Part shown: positions 11,801-21,456 of the stretch, in pieces
Layout: each line of letters opens with the position of its first letter
Numbering within the stretch: the first letter of the stretch is position 1
DNA from: an uncultured virus (IMG/VR IMGVR_UViG_2061766007_000711)
Taxonomy: Duplodnaviria > Heunggongvirae > Uroviricota > Caudoviricetes
Direction: 5' to 3' (one strand)
Virus record (IMG/VR): IMGVR_UViG_2061766007_000711
Length of the DNA: 35,786 bases
Notes under the pieces: generated by a model
Seen by the model: only the letters and a program-made list of their open reading frames with translations
Databases searched by the model: none
Told to the model about the DNA's origin: nothing
Program-made: the position numbers and the translations under genes

Positions 11801-13048
11801 CAGNNNNNNNNNNNNNNNNNNNNNNNNNNNNACTGCTGACAATACTACGAGAACCGAAGCTTCTCGTAAGTCTAGTAAGCTCACCTTCCAGCCAAGTACG
11901 GGTACCCTTACAGCAACCAAGTTCAGCGGTCCACTTACTGGTAACGTCACCGGTGACTGCTCCGGTTCTTCCGGTTCGTGTACGGGTAATGCCGCTACAG
12001 CCACTTCGGCTGGTAAGCTTACTACTGCCAGGAAGGCCTATGTAACGCTTGGCACTGCAAGTACTACGACTACGGTTGACTGGAGTGCTGACCCGACGAC
12101 TATCCCGGTAGACGGCACTCTTGCTGTTTCCCATGGCGGTACCGGCATTACTACCTCGACCAATGTCAATGCGGTTGTAATAGGTAATAGCACTACGGCC
12201 ACCAACGCGATGCAGACGGTACGTACCGGCAACGGCGCTTTCTACGCAACTGCACAGGATGCCAAGCCGCAGTTCGGAACCTTGCCTGCAGCCCAGGGTG
12301 GTACTGGTAAGACTTCTGCTAAGGATGCCTGTAATTCCTTTATAAATGCACTCGATACTGGTTCATCTACGCCGGTTGATGCCGACTACTACGTATCCCA
12401 ATACGTAAGCGGTGGAACAACAACAACGACGTATCACCGTAGACCCATGAGCGCACTGTGGACATATATTAAGGGCAAGATGACGTCCGATACCGGTGTG
12501 AACATCTCCGGCAATGCGGCTACAGCCACTTCGGCAACTAACGTTGCATTGACAGGTTCAGTAAAGACAACCAGTACCACCAATGGCGATACAATCCAGT
12601 TCCAGGCCGGAAGCGGTACAGCTGGAACGGTTACTATTGTCAATGCGAAGCATGCTGCCAGCGCAGACTCGGCGACCTCCGCGTCGTCCGCCTCCAAGGT
12701 CACGAACAAGCTGACGCTGAAGATAAAGACCGGCACTACCGAAGGAACCGACCTTTATACATATGACGGCAGCGGGGCCAAGACCCTCGACATCAAGCAG
12801 GGTTCCAACATTACGCTTACGGCGGCAGCCGGCTCGCTNNNNNNNNNNNNNNNGGGTCGACCGACACGTCGAGCAAGATATTCCTTATCGGCGCGACATC
12901 CCAGGCGGCAAACCCGCAGACATATAGTCAGGACACGACATACGTGGATACGGACGCTACCCTTGCATCCACTAAGGTCAGGGTTGCCGAAAAGTGTACC
13001 CTGCAGTTCAACACCACGACCAACGCACTGGACTTCGTGTTTGCATAG
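8817..13048 (+). CDS. Fibre cluster gene F7, long fibre with several N gaps
   Basis: T/S/A-rich shaft with a ~90-aa tandem repeat, HxH motifs and GNAATAT repeats. After the gap ending 12852 the coherent frame reads GSTDTSSKIFLIGATSQAANPQTYS...EKCTLQFNTTTNALDFVFA*, stop at 13046-13048. The ORF-track end at 13172 is a gap artefact. Confidence 0.8.
9270..9810 (+). repeat. Tandem ~270-bp (90-aa) direct repeat within F7
   Basis: HTHGNI..GGTLTDTAAAAA...K(V/I)QTSTIKGTDVADAVSKKHSHSTLTLSTTAQAYDG(T/S)HTLALPS(S/T)DPYTSARTPTSH occurs twice. The second unit starts before the gap at 9602 but spans it. Confidence 0.7.
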
Positions 13049-13058
13049 GAGAAAACCG

Positions 13059-16000
13059 ATGCCTCTAAGAATATGGCTTCCGTTGAACAACTCCTACGAG
13101 AACCGAGGAATAGATGGTTCGNNNNNNNNNNCCTTTCCCAGAAGGAGGTCGTGGAACTGGCCAAGGGGATGATGCTCCATATCCCCATGTACGCCGGATA
13201 TCCGGGCATAGGCACCAATATAGCCAAGAGCACCTCGGCGACACCGGTGGCATATTCAATCGGCCAGTACTACACTAGGATGCAGTACGATACCAACTTC
13301 TACGGTCTGAAGGCCGGCGACACATTTACCTTCGGGTTCAAGGTTACTGCGCCGGCAGACCGTGGAATCTACGCTCGCGTCCAGTACTATACCGACGGCG
13401 ACCACCGTACCAGCGTANNNNNNNNNNNNNNNNNNNNNNNNNNNNNNNNNNNNNNNNNNNNNNNCACAGCGTGGCTATACGCAGATGGAACTGCTCATCA
13501 CCAGTGCCAACAATAGCCTTACTACATCGGCAACGTGCTATGTCAGCGAGGTCAAGCTGGAACGGAGTTCCGTCAGGACTCCGTGGTCACCGGACGCGTC
13601 AAGCAGCCAGTTTACGTCGGACTATTCAATAAAGGACTGCTCGGGATACCAGGTCCCAATAGGCACTACCGGTACTGTCCCGTCAGTAACCGGTGATNNN
13701 NNNNNNNTGCCACCTGTTCCGGCTCGGTGACTACAGAAGGCGGTTCCCCCAGGAACACCAGGGCGTTCAAGTTCAGCGACGGTGCATGCTTGTGGCCAGT
13801 TCCGGACCCAATAAAGTCCACCACTACCGAATTTACCATATCGGTATGGTTCAAGACTACTACAACCAGTGGAAACCAGTGCATATGGAACGGCAGGAGC
13901 AGTAGCAGCTCCGGAAGCACGGCGGTCGGCANNNNNNNNNNNNNNNNNNAACCAGACATCTTCGGTATCCGTTTCGGCCAATACATGGTATCACCTGGCC
14001 GTAACATGGAAGTCCGGGGGAAACAAGGTCATATACCTGAACGGCCAGCAGAAGACATCGGTTGCCGCGGGNNNNNNNNNNTCGAGACTCCCGGTAAGCT
14101 CTCGGCATACTGCTGGAGATCCTCGGCGAGGATAAGTGTGCCTTATACGTACGGTTCCACTGAGCGTCTCAGCGTATGCATGTGGATAAAGCCAAACTCG
14201 GCAAGTGCCTGGACATCAATCTTTGGTTGGGGAAACACGAGTACGAGACAGAACAGAATTGAGGTCAATGCAAATGCCGGTACCACGTATTACTTCTTCG
14301 GTTCCAATGACTGTCTGGTCAACAGTAATCTCAGAGTTGCCGAGAATTTTACGAATGCCGTATGGCATCATTTCGCGATGGTTGCCGACGGAACCATTGT
14401 TAGGTTCTACCTGGATGGCGCTCTGAGCAAAACTGTTACTCAGAAGAGCCAGGTATCCGCGACGTTCGACGGCACCAACACATTCTACTTCGGTGGGTAC
14501 AGCGACAACTACAACGGTTACTACAACGATGTACGAGTCTATGACCACGCCCTCTCCCAGAAGGAGGTCGCCGAGCTGGCCAAGGGGATGATGATTCACT
14601 ATACCCTGGACAACCCGTACACCACCGGTATATACAATTTCTATTCCGGCACGCAGGCACATGGAGGCAGTCCAAGCTATAATTCGAACTGGACTGTGAC
14701 TAAGCTTGCCGATGAAGATGGGTATAATTTTAGTGGCTCCAGAACAGGTAATGGCGGAAACAGTTGGCCCAATTTTGGGTATGCCTCTATAAACCGTTCG
14801 AATTTTACGGCAGGCAAGAAATATACTTGGTCTGCAAAGATTCGCTGTCATACGTGGACCGCCGGTTCGTTGGCTCTGCGAAATTCCATTTCGAGCAATG
14901 ACTATACCAACGGAAGTGTGAACGTATGTTCTACTTCCCTTGCCGACAACCAATGGCACCAGTATAGCAGAACTATAACCCTTACAGAGGGTATGAAGAT
15001 TGGCTCTACGTTCTACTATTTGACTGAAGAGGCATATAACGCATCTACCGAGACTGCAAAGGCATATATGTCGCCACGTGTCGAGTTCTACTGTTCAAAC
15101 CAGAATGGCGACGGTACAGTATACAACATGGATTTCGACATCAAGGAGGTCCAGTTAATCGAATCCGACTCCTTTCCGGGATGGGTGGACAACACGATGG
15201 CGTCCAATACCGTGCGCGATAACACCGGACGCGGTAACGACGCCACTTGTTCCGGCTCGGTGACTACGGAAGGCGGTTCTCCCAGGAACACCAGGGCGTT
15301 CAAGCTGCTCGACACGTCATACATCCAGTATCCGGTGCCTGCCGGAATATCCCAGTGTACAATCGCTTTCTGGGTGAAGAGAACGGGAGGCGGAGCGCAC
15401 TCTACCGTAGACTGCCTGAAGAATAGCCCGGCCGGCGGGATGTGGCTCGGAGTAAATATTGAAAGCAGTAAACTGTGGGCCTACTGGGGAGGTACCTACA
15501 ACAAGGTAAGTGGTTCCCTTACGGCTAATACATGGTATCACGTGGCGTTGACTTTCAATGCCGGAGTAACCCAATGGTACCTGGATGGTGTAGCCGTCGG
15601 GTCCGCCGTGGATTTTTCCGCCAAGGGTACTACATGGCCATCCGGCACCCGAGCAATAGGAAACAGCTATACCGGTTCTACATGGAATACCAAGTTCAGT
15701 GGTTCGTTCTCCGACTGGCGTTTCTATACGACGGTATTGACCGCCGCCCAAATCAAGGAGCTCTACAACGCGCCCATCTCGGTGGCGAATACCGGCGCCT
15801 GCCTCTCCGAGCAGTTCACCGAGGGCGCTGCCGGTATCTCCTTCGCAAAGACAGGGGTAGTCTCCTGTAACGGAATCTCCTCCCTGCCCGGAAAGTACGA
15901 CCCGGAAGTCCTCATAGAGCCCGACGGCTCCTGCTGGGCGCACATCGGGCACCATGCCGACCCAGGTTCTTACAAGTTCGCCTCCACGGATACGTTTTCA

Positions 16001-16486
16001 ACCGGCGTATGGAAGGATGCCAGGCGGTTCCTGGACCCGACCGTGTGCGACAAGGTGGACAAGTGGGAGTTCATTGTTGAGCAGAGAACTACTTCGTCGG
16101 CCACTGTGCAGCGGTTCCGGTGGGTACAGTCGGTAAACCCGAATACTGCAACATACAGCAATACGGTGGCGGCAAACATCACCCGGTACGGTACGGCATA
16201 TGGGTACGACAATTCTTCTTACGGCGGAATGTATAACTTCGGAAATACGAATACATCATACTACGTATGCAACAACGGGAACAACGGAAACTGGTACGGG
16301 GCTATCGGGTGCACCAAGGATTTCAACACGGGTATTCCGGGATATGCCGGTGCTACCATCAAGGACGGCGGGTATGTCGACCTGTACATCAGGGTCGATA
16401 ACGTTACTTGGACCACCGGACTGTCCGGGTGCTCCCTGGACAAGGGCGGCAAGGGGGTCCTGTCGCCGGAATTTGTGGAACAATAG
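13059..16486 (+). CDS. Fibre cluster gene F8, LamG-like protein paralogous to F6 (13122-14091 is a gap-ridden mosaic)
   Basis: Starts MPLRIWLPLNNSYENRG after SD AGGAG. LamG motifs WHHFAMVADG..FYLDG...DVRVYDHALS and WYHVALTF...YLDG...SDWRFY..LT. Uninterrupted from ~14092 to the stop at 16486. Confidence 0.75.
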
Positions 16487-16515
16487 AATAGTTTTGGGGA
16501 AGAAAGAGGGAAATT

Positions 16516-18408
16516 ATGGCACAGCTTAACGATACGATGGTGCAGGGAGACCTGAGGGTCACCGGGAACATCTACGGTCCGCTAAAGGGAAATGCCGATA
16601 CAGCCACGACCGCCCAGGCATATGACACGTCATTTACCGGGACGAACAGCATAAAGTCCGCACTAGATGGTAAGAAGAACACACAGAGTGCCGTTTCTGA
16701 CCCTACGGCGTCTGGAAACTCGTTGACATTCATTGCCACGATTTCACAGAACGCGCAGGGTGTTATTACCCCGACAAAGCGTACAGTATCTACGATGGGC
16801 GCCGCTACCAGCAGTGCTGCCGGAAGTGCTGGCCTAGTACCTGCTCCTGCAGCAGGGGCGCAGGGCAAGTTCTTGCGAGGAGATAAAACCTGGGCGACGC
16901 CTACCGATAGCAAGGTGAAGGCGACCGCTGCGACCACCGATGGACCGTACTATATTCTTGCGGCATCAAGCCCAACCCATACCACCGGCAATACTACCGA
17001 GGCGGTGTATGTTTCCGGTATTACCATCACGCCATCCAACTCTACGATAGCTGCCGGTTTCTTCAATGGCAATGCTGACAGTTCCAATAAGGTGCTTATT
17101 ATTAATCAGCCGGAGCAATCTGCGGTAGACCATACGTCCTATGTTGTTGGGTGGGATGGTAATAACGCTCCGCTATCCAATCCTTCTACTCCGGTACGGA
17201 ACGCGCGGGTATGGATGACTCTGCGGCAGAACACCGGAGGTAACGCAGAATCTTATCTATATTGCGATAATCTGCGCGTATTGAACATTGATACGACCTG
17301 TGGGTTTGAACCGCTGTTGACTACTGAGAGGTATTTTACATGGTATGATGTTAACCAGGCGGGTACTGGAGTTACAGAAAGGGCACTGTATGGGATAGGA
17401 AGCCTGGATTCTACTCAGTCACCTCTTTGCCCGTATAAGTTTGAGGGGTTTGGACTATTGTTTAGTACTCCAACGAAACTTCTTAGGTACAAGTCAAGCT
17501 ACGTTATAGTCAACGGTTCATTAGGGGATATGTCTACTATTGATTATACTTATAATACGATGTGGTTCAGGGGAACTGCTTATGCTGCAACCAGGCTAGC
17601 AAAGTCGATAAATGACAGCGGGTATGCCGTTTTCGGACAGGTAGGAAGTTCAAGCCAGCCAATCTATCTGGATTCGAACGGTTTACCGGTAACATGCAAT
17701 ACCATCCCGGCTGCTGCAAACAATGGTGCCCTCAAGCTTCAACTGAATGGTGGGACGGCAAGCAACATTTTCACAGCCAACCAGAGCGGTACATCCACTC
17801 TTGCTTTTGAGACTGGTAGCACCGCCGGCACATTCAAGGTGAATTCCACGGAGATTTCCATTGCGGGTTGGAGCACCCTGAACAGCCTGGCTACGAACGA
17901 GAATAAGTACTTCCATACGCATCACTTGGAAACGTCATCCTTTACGACATCATCTGGTACAAGCGTTGTAACTGACTTTTTGACAGTAACCTTTTCTGGC
18001 CGTGTTGGACGCTCGTCGGCAATCGTACTTATTGGTGCCGGCAGCGGATATAGGTCAAGTGCATACCGGCTGTCATGGTTTTTTACGACCAATGGTTCTA
18101 TCAGTGATGTAAAGACCCAGTTATTTACATATGATGATATATCTAAGCTTCCCGCAGTTTACTTTGATACTAACAGTTTCTATCTTGGGTTAGAAAACGC
18201 CGGCAACTGGACGGCTAACATAGCCCTGGTGATTGCATGTGAAAATCCGGGTAATGTCACATACGGTACTGCGACACGTACTGCAGTTACTGCGGGGTCG
18301 GCCACTAAAAAGAATTTTACTGACCACGCGGTATACTCGGAAACAATCACTACTATTGTGAAGGACACCGTGGTAGGTACTGACCCGAACACTCTATATA
18401 TTGTGTAG
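16516..18408 (+). CDS. Fibre cluster gene F9, distal fibre (630 aa)
   Basis: N-terminus MAQLNDTMVQGDLRVTG is paralogous to F7; shares shaft modules with F4; ends TDPNTLYIV, a common fibre C-terminal motif. Confidence 0.8.
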   Translation: MAQLNDTMVQGDLRVTGNIYGPLKGNADTATTAQAYDTSFTGTNSIKSALDGKKNTQSAVSDPTASGNSLTFIATISQNAQGVITPTKRTVSTMGAATSSAAGSAGLVPAPAAGAQGKFLRGDKTWATPTDSKVKATAATTDGPYYILAASSPTHTTGNTTEAVYVSGITITPSNSTIAAGFFNGNADSSNKVLIINQPEQSAVDHTSYVVGWDGNNAPLSNPSTPVRNARVWMTLRQNTGGNAESYLYCDNLRVLNIDTTCGFEPLLTTERYFTWYDVNQAGTGVTERALYGIGSLDSTQSPLCPYKFEGFGLLFSTPTKLLRYKSSYVIVNGSLGDMSTIDYTYNTMWFRGTAYAATRLAKSINDSGYAVFGQVGSSSQPIYLDSNGLPVTCNTIPAAANNGALKLQLNGGTASNIFTANQSGTSTLAFETGSTAGTFKVNSTEISIAGWSTLNSLATNENKYFHTHHLETSSFTTSSGTSVVTDFLTVTFSGRVGRSSAIVLIGAGSGYRSSAYRLSWFFTTNGSISDVKTQLFTYDDISKLPAVYFDTNSFYLGLENAGNWTANIALVIACENPGNVTYGTATRTAVTAGSATKKNFTDHAVYSETITTIVKDTVVGTDPNTLYIV

Positions 18409-18416
18409 GTAGAAAT

Positions 18417-19373
18417 ATGGCTGGTGTACTTCTTGAATCAGTTGAAGTTGACGAAGGAGAATATTACGGTGGATTGCGGGCGGTCAAGATATATGACGCC
18501 TCGCTGTACTGGTATAATGTATCGAGCGGAGAGCGGCATGGGCTTGGTATAATCGGCGTGGGGCGTGATGATGGCGGCCGTGACATATTGCTACCTAGCC
18601 TGGATTGGGAGCGGGATATCTGTGCGTATACGCTTGGAGGGGGATATTTCAGAGACAAAAGCTGTCCGAATGTTACCATTGGTTCCAATGGTGTCATTGC
18701 CGTTTCATCTAGCATGATGTGCTTCAACTACAATAAGGCCATTTCCTTATGGTTGAATGCTTCACTTGGAATATATTGTGCATCTACGCCTGGGTATACT
18801 GACAAGTTGCGTGCGCGAGATTATAGTACATATGACTCCTCACTTCACCGCAGGGCTGGCCAGAGCGGGGTAGTTGATACTGACACGGTTGTTGACCCAA
18901 ACCATAACTATGATTATTTTCCGCGGCCAAGCCTGTTTTTTTATGATATAACAAATTCATACGTTCCTACGTATTGTTCCTTGCTGGCGTGCAAAAATAT
19001 ATACGTAGATGATGTTCTGCTGAGACACGGGCAGAATGACCCTGCTTCAGCGGGCTGGGATGACTTTGTTCCGAGAGTGGCTAGTAAGATTCCCGGTGTT
19101 ATGAGTTACGGACCAACATTTTATGTACCGTCCGTCACAGGTTCATTGGGACAGATGCAATTCTTGAACCGATATATTGGAACTATAGAGATTGACGGAG
19201 ATTCTTATAATCTTCATATGGTGAATATTGACTATCCGCGTACCTTACTGTATGCCAACTGTAAATATGCGGAGACACCATTGTATAAGATAAACCGCAA
19301 CGATACATCAAAGGGCGGAAAGATGTACATTCTCGATGAATGGGTGACGCTGCATAAGCCAAATCAAGTCTAG
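18417..19373 (+). CDS. Fibre cluster gene F10, putative tip/receptor-binding protein
   Basis: Last gene of the cluster; aromatic-rich with AT-rich codons; SD-like AGGT upstream. Function inferred from position only. Confidence 0.5.
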   Translation: MAGVLLESVEVDEGEYYGGLRAVKIYDASLYWYNVSSGERHGLGIIGVGRDDGGRDILLPSLDWERDICAYTLGGGYFRDKSCPNVTIGSNGVIAVSSSMMCFNYNKAISLWLNASLGIYCASTPGYTDKLRARDYSTYDSSLHRRAGQSGVVDTDTVVDPNHNYDYFPRPSLFFYDITNSYVPTYCSLLACKNIYVDDVLLRHGQNDPASAGWDDFVPRVASKIPGVMSYGPTFYVPSVTGSLGQMQFLNRYIGTIEIDGDSYNLHMVNIDYPRTLLYANCKYAETPLYKINRNDTSKGGKMYILDEWVTLHKPNQV

Positions 19374-20487
19374 CGCTTCCCGGTATCTCCCGGTTTCCCC
19401 CGGCGTCTCCCCATGCGCCTCCCGGGCTTGCCCCGCCTTACACCGGGTCTTTTTCTCACGCTGCCGTCTCGGTTGAACTCCAGCGGCTTCCCGTCCTCCC
19501 CGGCGGCGACCTGGGCGACCCCGAGTTCTGCCAGCCTGGATATCGAACGTTGCTTCGTGGCTAGGNNNNNNNNNNNNNNNNNNNNNNNNNNNNNNNNNNN
19601 NNNNNNNNNNNNNNNNNNNNNNNNNNNNNNNNNNNNNNNNNNNNNNNACCTTGCGATGGCCGGGGTGTCGTCCCGGGAGATGCCGGGGAACCCCAGTGCG
19701 TCCAGTAGCATGTGCATCGGCTTCAGCTTGGAGCGCTCGACGGACTTCACCATGATGTACGCGTCGGTGTAGGTGTTGTGGCATGCCTCCATGAAGTCCC
19801 CTATGTCCAGCTCGTACAGGTCGACTACCGAGTGAATCTTCCCGGCGGCCATCAGCATCCTGATGGTATCCTCCGTGATTCCGGGTATGGCCATCCCGCC
19901 GACTGCCACGAACTTCCTCAGTGCCTCCCCGGCATGCACCTCGCAGTCACTGTTTGGGCATACGAGTTCCGGACGGTGTCCCTGAAAACGGCGCATGAGC
20001 GCCGCCGAGCAGAACGGACACGTGACCGGTTCCGTGAAGAACTCGACTGTCTTTNNNNNNNNNNNNNNNNNNNNNNNNNNNNNNNNNNNNTCGATACAGG
20101 ATGAAAGCTCGGGGTTCTTCCCGAGTTCTTTCCGGAGGGTTACGGTGCAGCCTCGGTGGAGGCCGAGGAACCCGGTGATGCCCCAGTGCGGGACAGGGCA
20201 GCGGAACAGGGCGTGCCTGTCGAGGTCGTGGCAGCGGATGGTGGCAACCGGCACTATTGCTCCGGCGAGCCCGGCAACCGGTTCAAGGGTGACAAGCTCG
20301 GCGCATATCTCCTCGGCGCACTCATGAATATCCCCTGCGACCGGTTCCAGTGAGGCGGCACACGCCTCGAACTCTATGGCTAGCATGGACAGCAGTTCGA
20401 AGATTGTCTCGTGAACTACCGGGAAGCCCGCGGCTGCTTCGGNNNNNNNNNNNNNNNNNNNNNNNNNNNCTGGAAGGCGTTAATCAT
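19370..20487 (-). CDS. Degenerate NAD-dependent DNA ligase-like protein (OB/Zn finger/HhH portion)
   Basis: LEPVAGLAGAIVPVAT (OB-like), PVTCPFC...CPNSDC (Zn finger), IPGITE...IHSVVDLYEL and ALGFPGI (HhH). Frame is open to the gap at 20443; candidate start ATG 20487 lies across the gap. No KxDG motif visible. Confidence 0.65.
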
Positions 20488-20493
20488 ACTATA

Positions 20494-20521
20494 AAAGTAG
20501 GTTTTTATATGGAGTTGTCAA
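20494..20521 (-). promoter_or_regulatory. Host-type promoter TTGACA-N16-TACTTT
   Basis: Minus strand reads TTGACAactccatataaaaaccTACTTTtatagtATG. An allelic copy TTTACA-N16-TACT lies at ~20743-20768. Confidence 0.5.
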
Positions 20522-20660
20522 CGCCTTTTTCAAGTAAAGTTTTATTTTGCTCGAGTTCTCCTATCCATCCCGGGTCCTTCCCGTAGAATGCCGAGGTTTC
20601 GTCGAGGGATGCCGCAATGAGTATCGCGTAGAGTGTTTCCTTGGGTATATCGTTTTCCAT
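20505..20660 (-). CDS. Small hypothetical protein, allele 1 (MENDIPKETLYAILIAASLDE..., 51 aa)
   Basis: SD AAGGA. The protein is conserved with the 20792-20911 copy despite many synonymous changes. Confidence 0.6.
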   Translation of the reverse strand: MENDIPKETLYAILIAASLDETSAFYGKDPGWIGELEQNKTLLEKGVDNSI

Positions 20661-20791
20661 TGGGTTGTCCTTGTTCAGAAAAGGGACCCCGGTCTCCCGG
20701 AGTCCCCATCGGTATTAGAGGGACCTTGCCTTNNNNNNNNNNAGTAGGTTTTAATCGCCGGCTGTAAACGCAAGGAAAACGTAAACTTTTC

Positions 20792-20911
20792 TTAAGTTTC
20801 CTCGAGCTCGTCCATCCATCCCGGGTCCTGTCCGAAGAAGTCCGAGCTTTCGTCCAGCGAGGCGGCGATGAGTATCGCGTATAGCGTCTCTTTAGGTATA
20901 TCCTGTTCCAT
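20792..20911 (-). CDS. Small hypothetical protein, allele 2 (MEQDIPKETLYAILIAASLDE..., 39 aa)
   Basis: SD AGGA; allelic to 20505-20660. Confidence 0.6.
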   Translation of the reverse strand: MEQDIPKETLYAILIAASLDESSDFFGQDPGWMDELEET

Positions 20912-20925
20912 GTTGCATCCTGTAG

Positions 20926-20955
20926 AAAAGGGGACCCCGGTCTCCCGGAGTCCCC
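20926..20955 (-). terminator. Rho-independent terminator (second copy at ~20679-20707)
   Basis: Minus strand GGGGACTCCGG-GAGA-CCGGGGTCCCC-TTTT, just after the stop at 20963. Confidence 0.7.
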
Positions 20956-20962
20956 ATCGGTA

Positions 20963-21456
20963 TTAGAGGGACCTTGCCTTGGTCTCGGGCTTTGCAGCCT
21001 CCGGTTTCGGCATGGAGGCGGCCCAGTACATGCACTCGAGCGTCTCGTGGATGTCGGCGAGCATCCTGCGGGAGGGAATCCTCCCNNNNNNNNNNGGGCT
21101 TGACCTTGGAGACGAGAATCTCCGGGTTGGCCTTGAGCGAGCCCAGTGCGGCGAAGCCGAGGAACCTGTCACCGAGTTTCGGTATCTGGGAAACCTGGTC
21201 CGCCATGAATCCGATGAAGGCGTCCACCGCCTTGTCCAGACCTATCTTCATGGGCTACTCCTTAGCCGTTGGAGGCCGTTGACGTGGGGGTTGCCGTGGT
21301 GCCGCCGGTCACTACGGCAGGCGGGAACGGGCTGACGAACGCCNNNNNNNNNNCTGAGGAGGTCGGTGTCGAGCTTGCCCTCGTTGGCGATTCCGGCCAT
21401 CTCGGCCCANNNNNNNNNNGGGCGCATCCGGTCCTTTCCATCGTGTCCTTCTCCAT
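20963..21456 (-). CDS. Small hypothetical protein C, fragments scrambled by assembly
   Basis: N-terminal MEKDTMERTGCA at 21456-21420 directly follows the stop of gene B. C-terminal RMLADIHETLECMYWAASMPK...ARSL* at 21085-20963. Joining the pieces is inferred. Confidence 0.4.
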
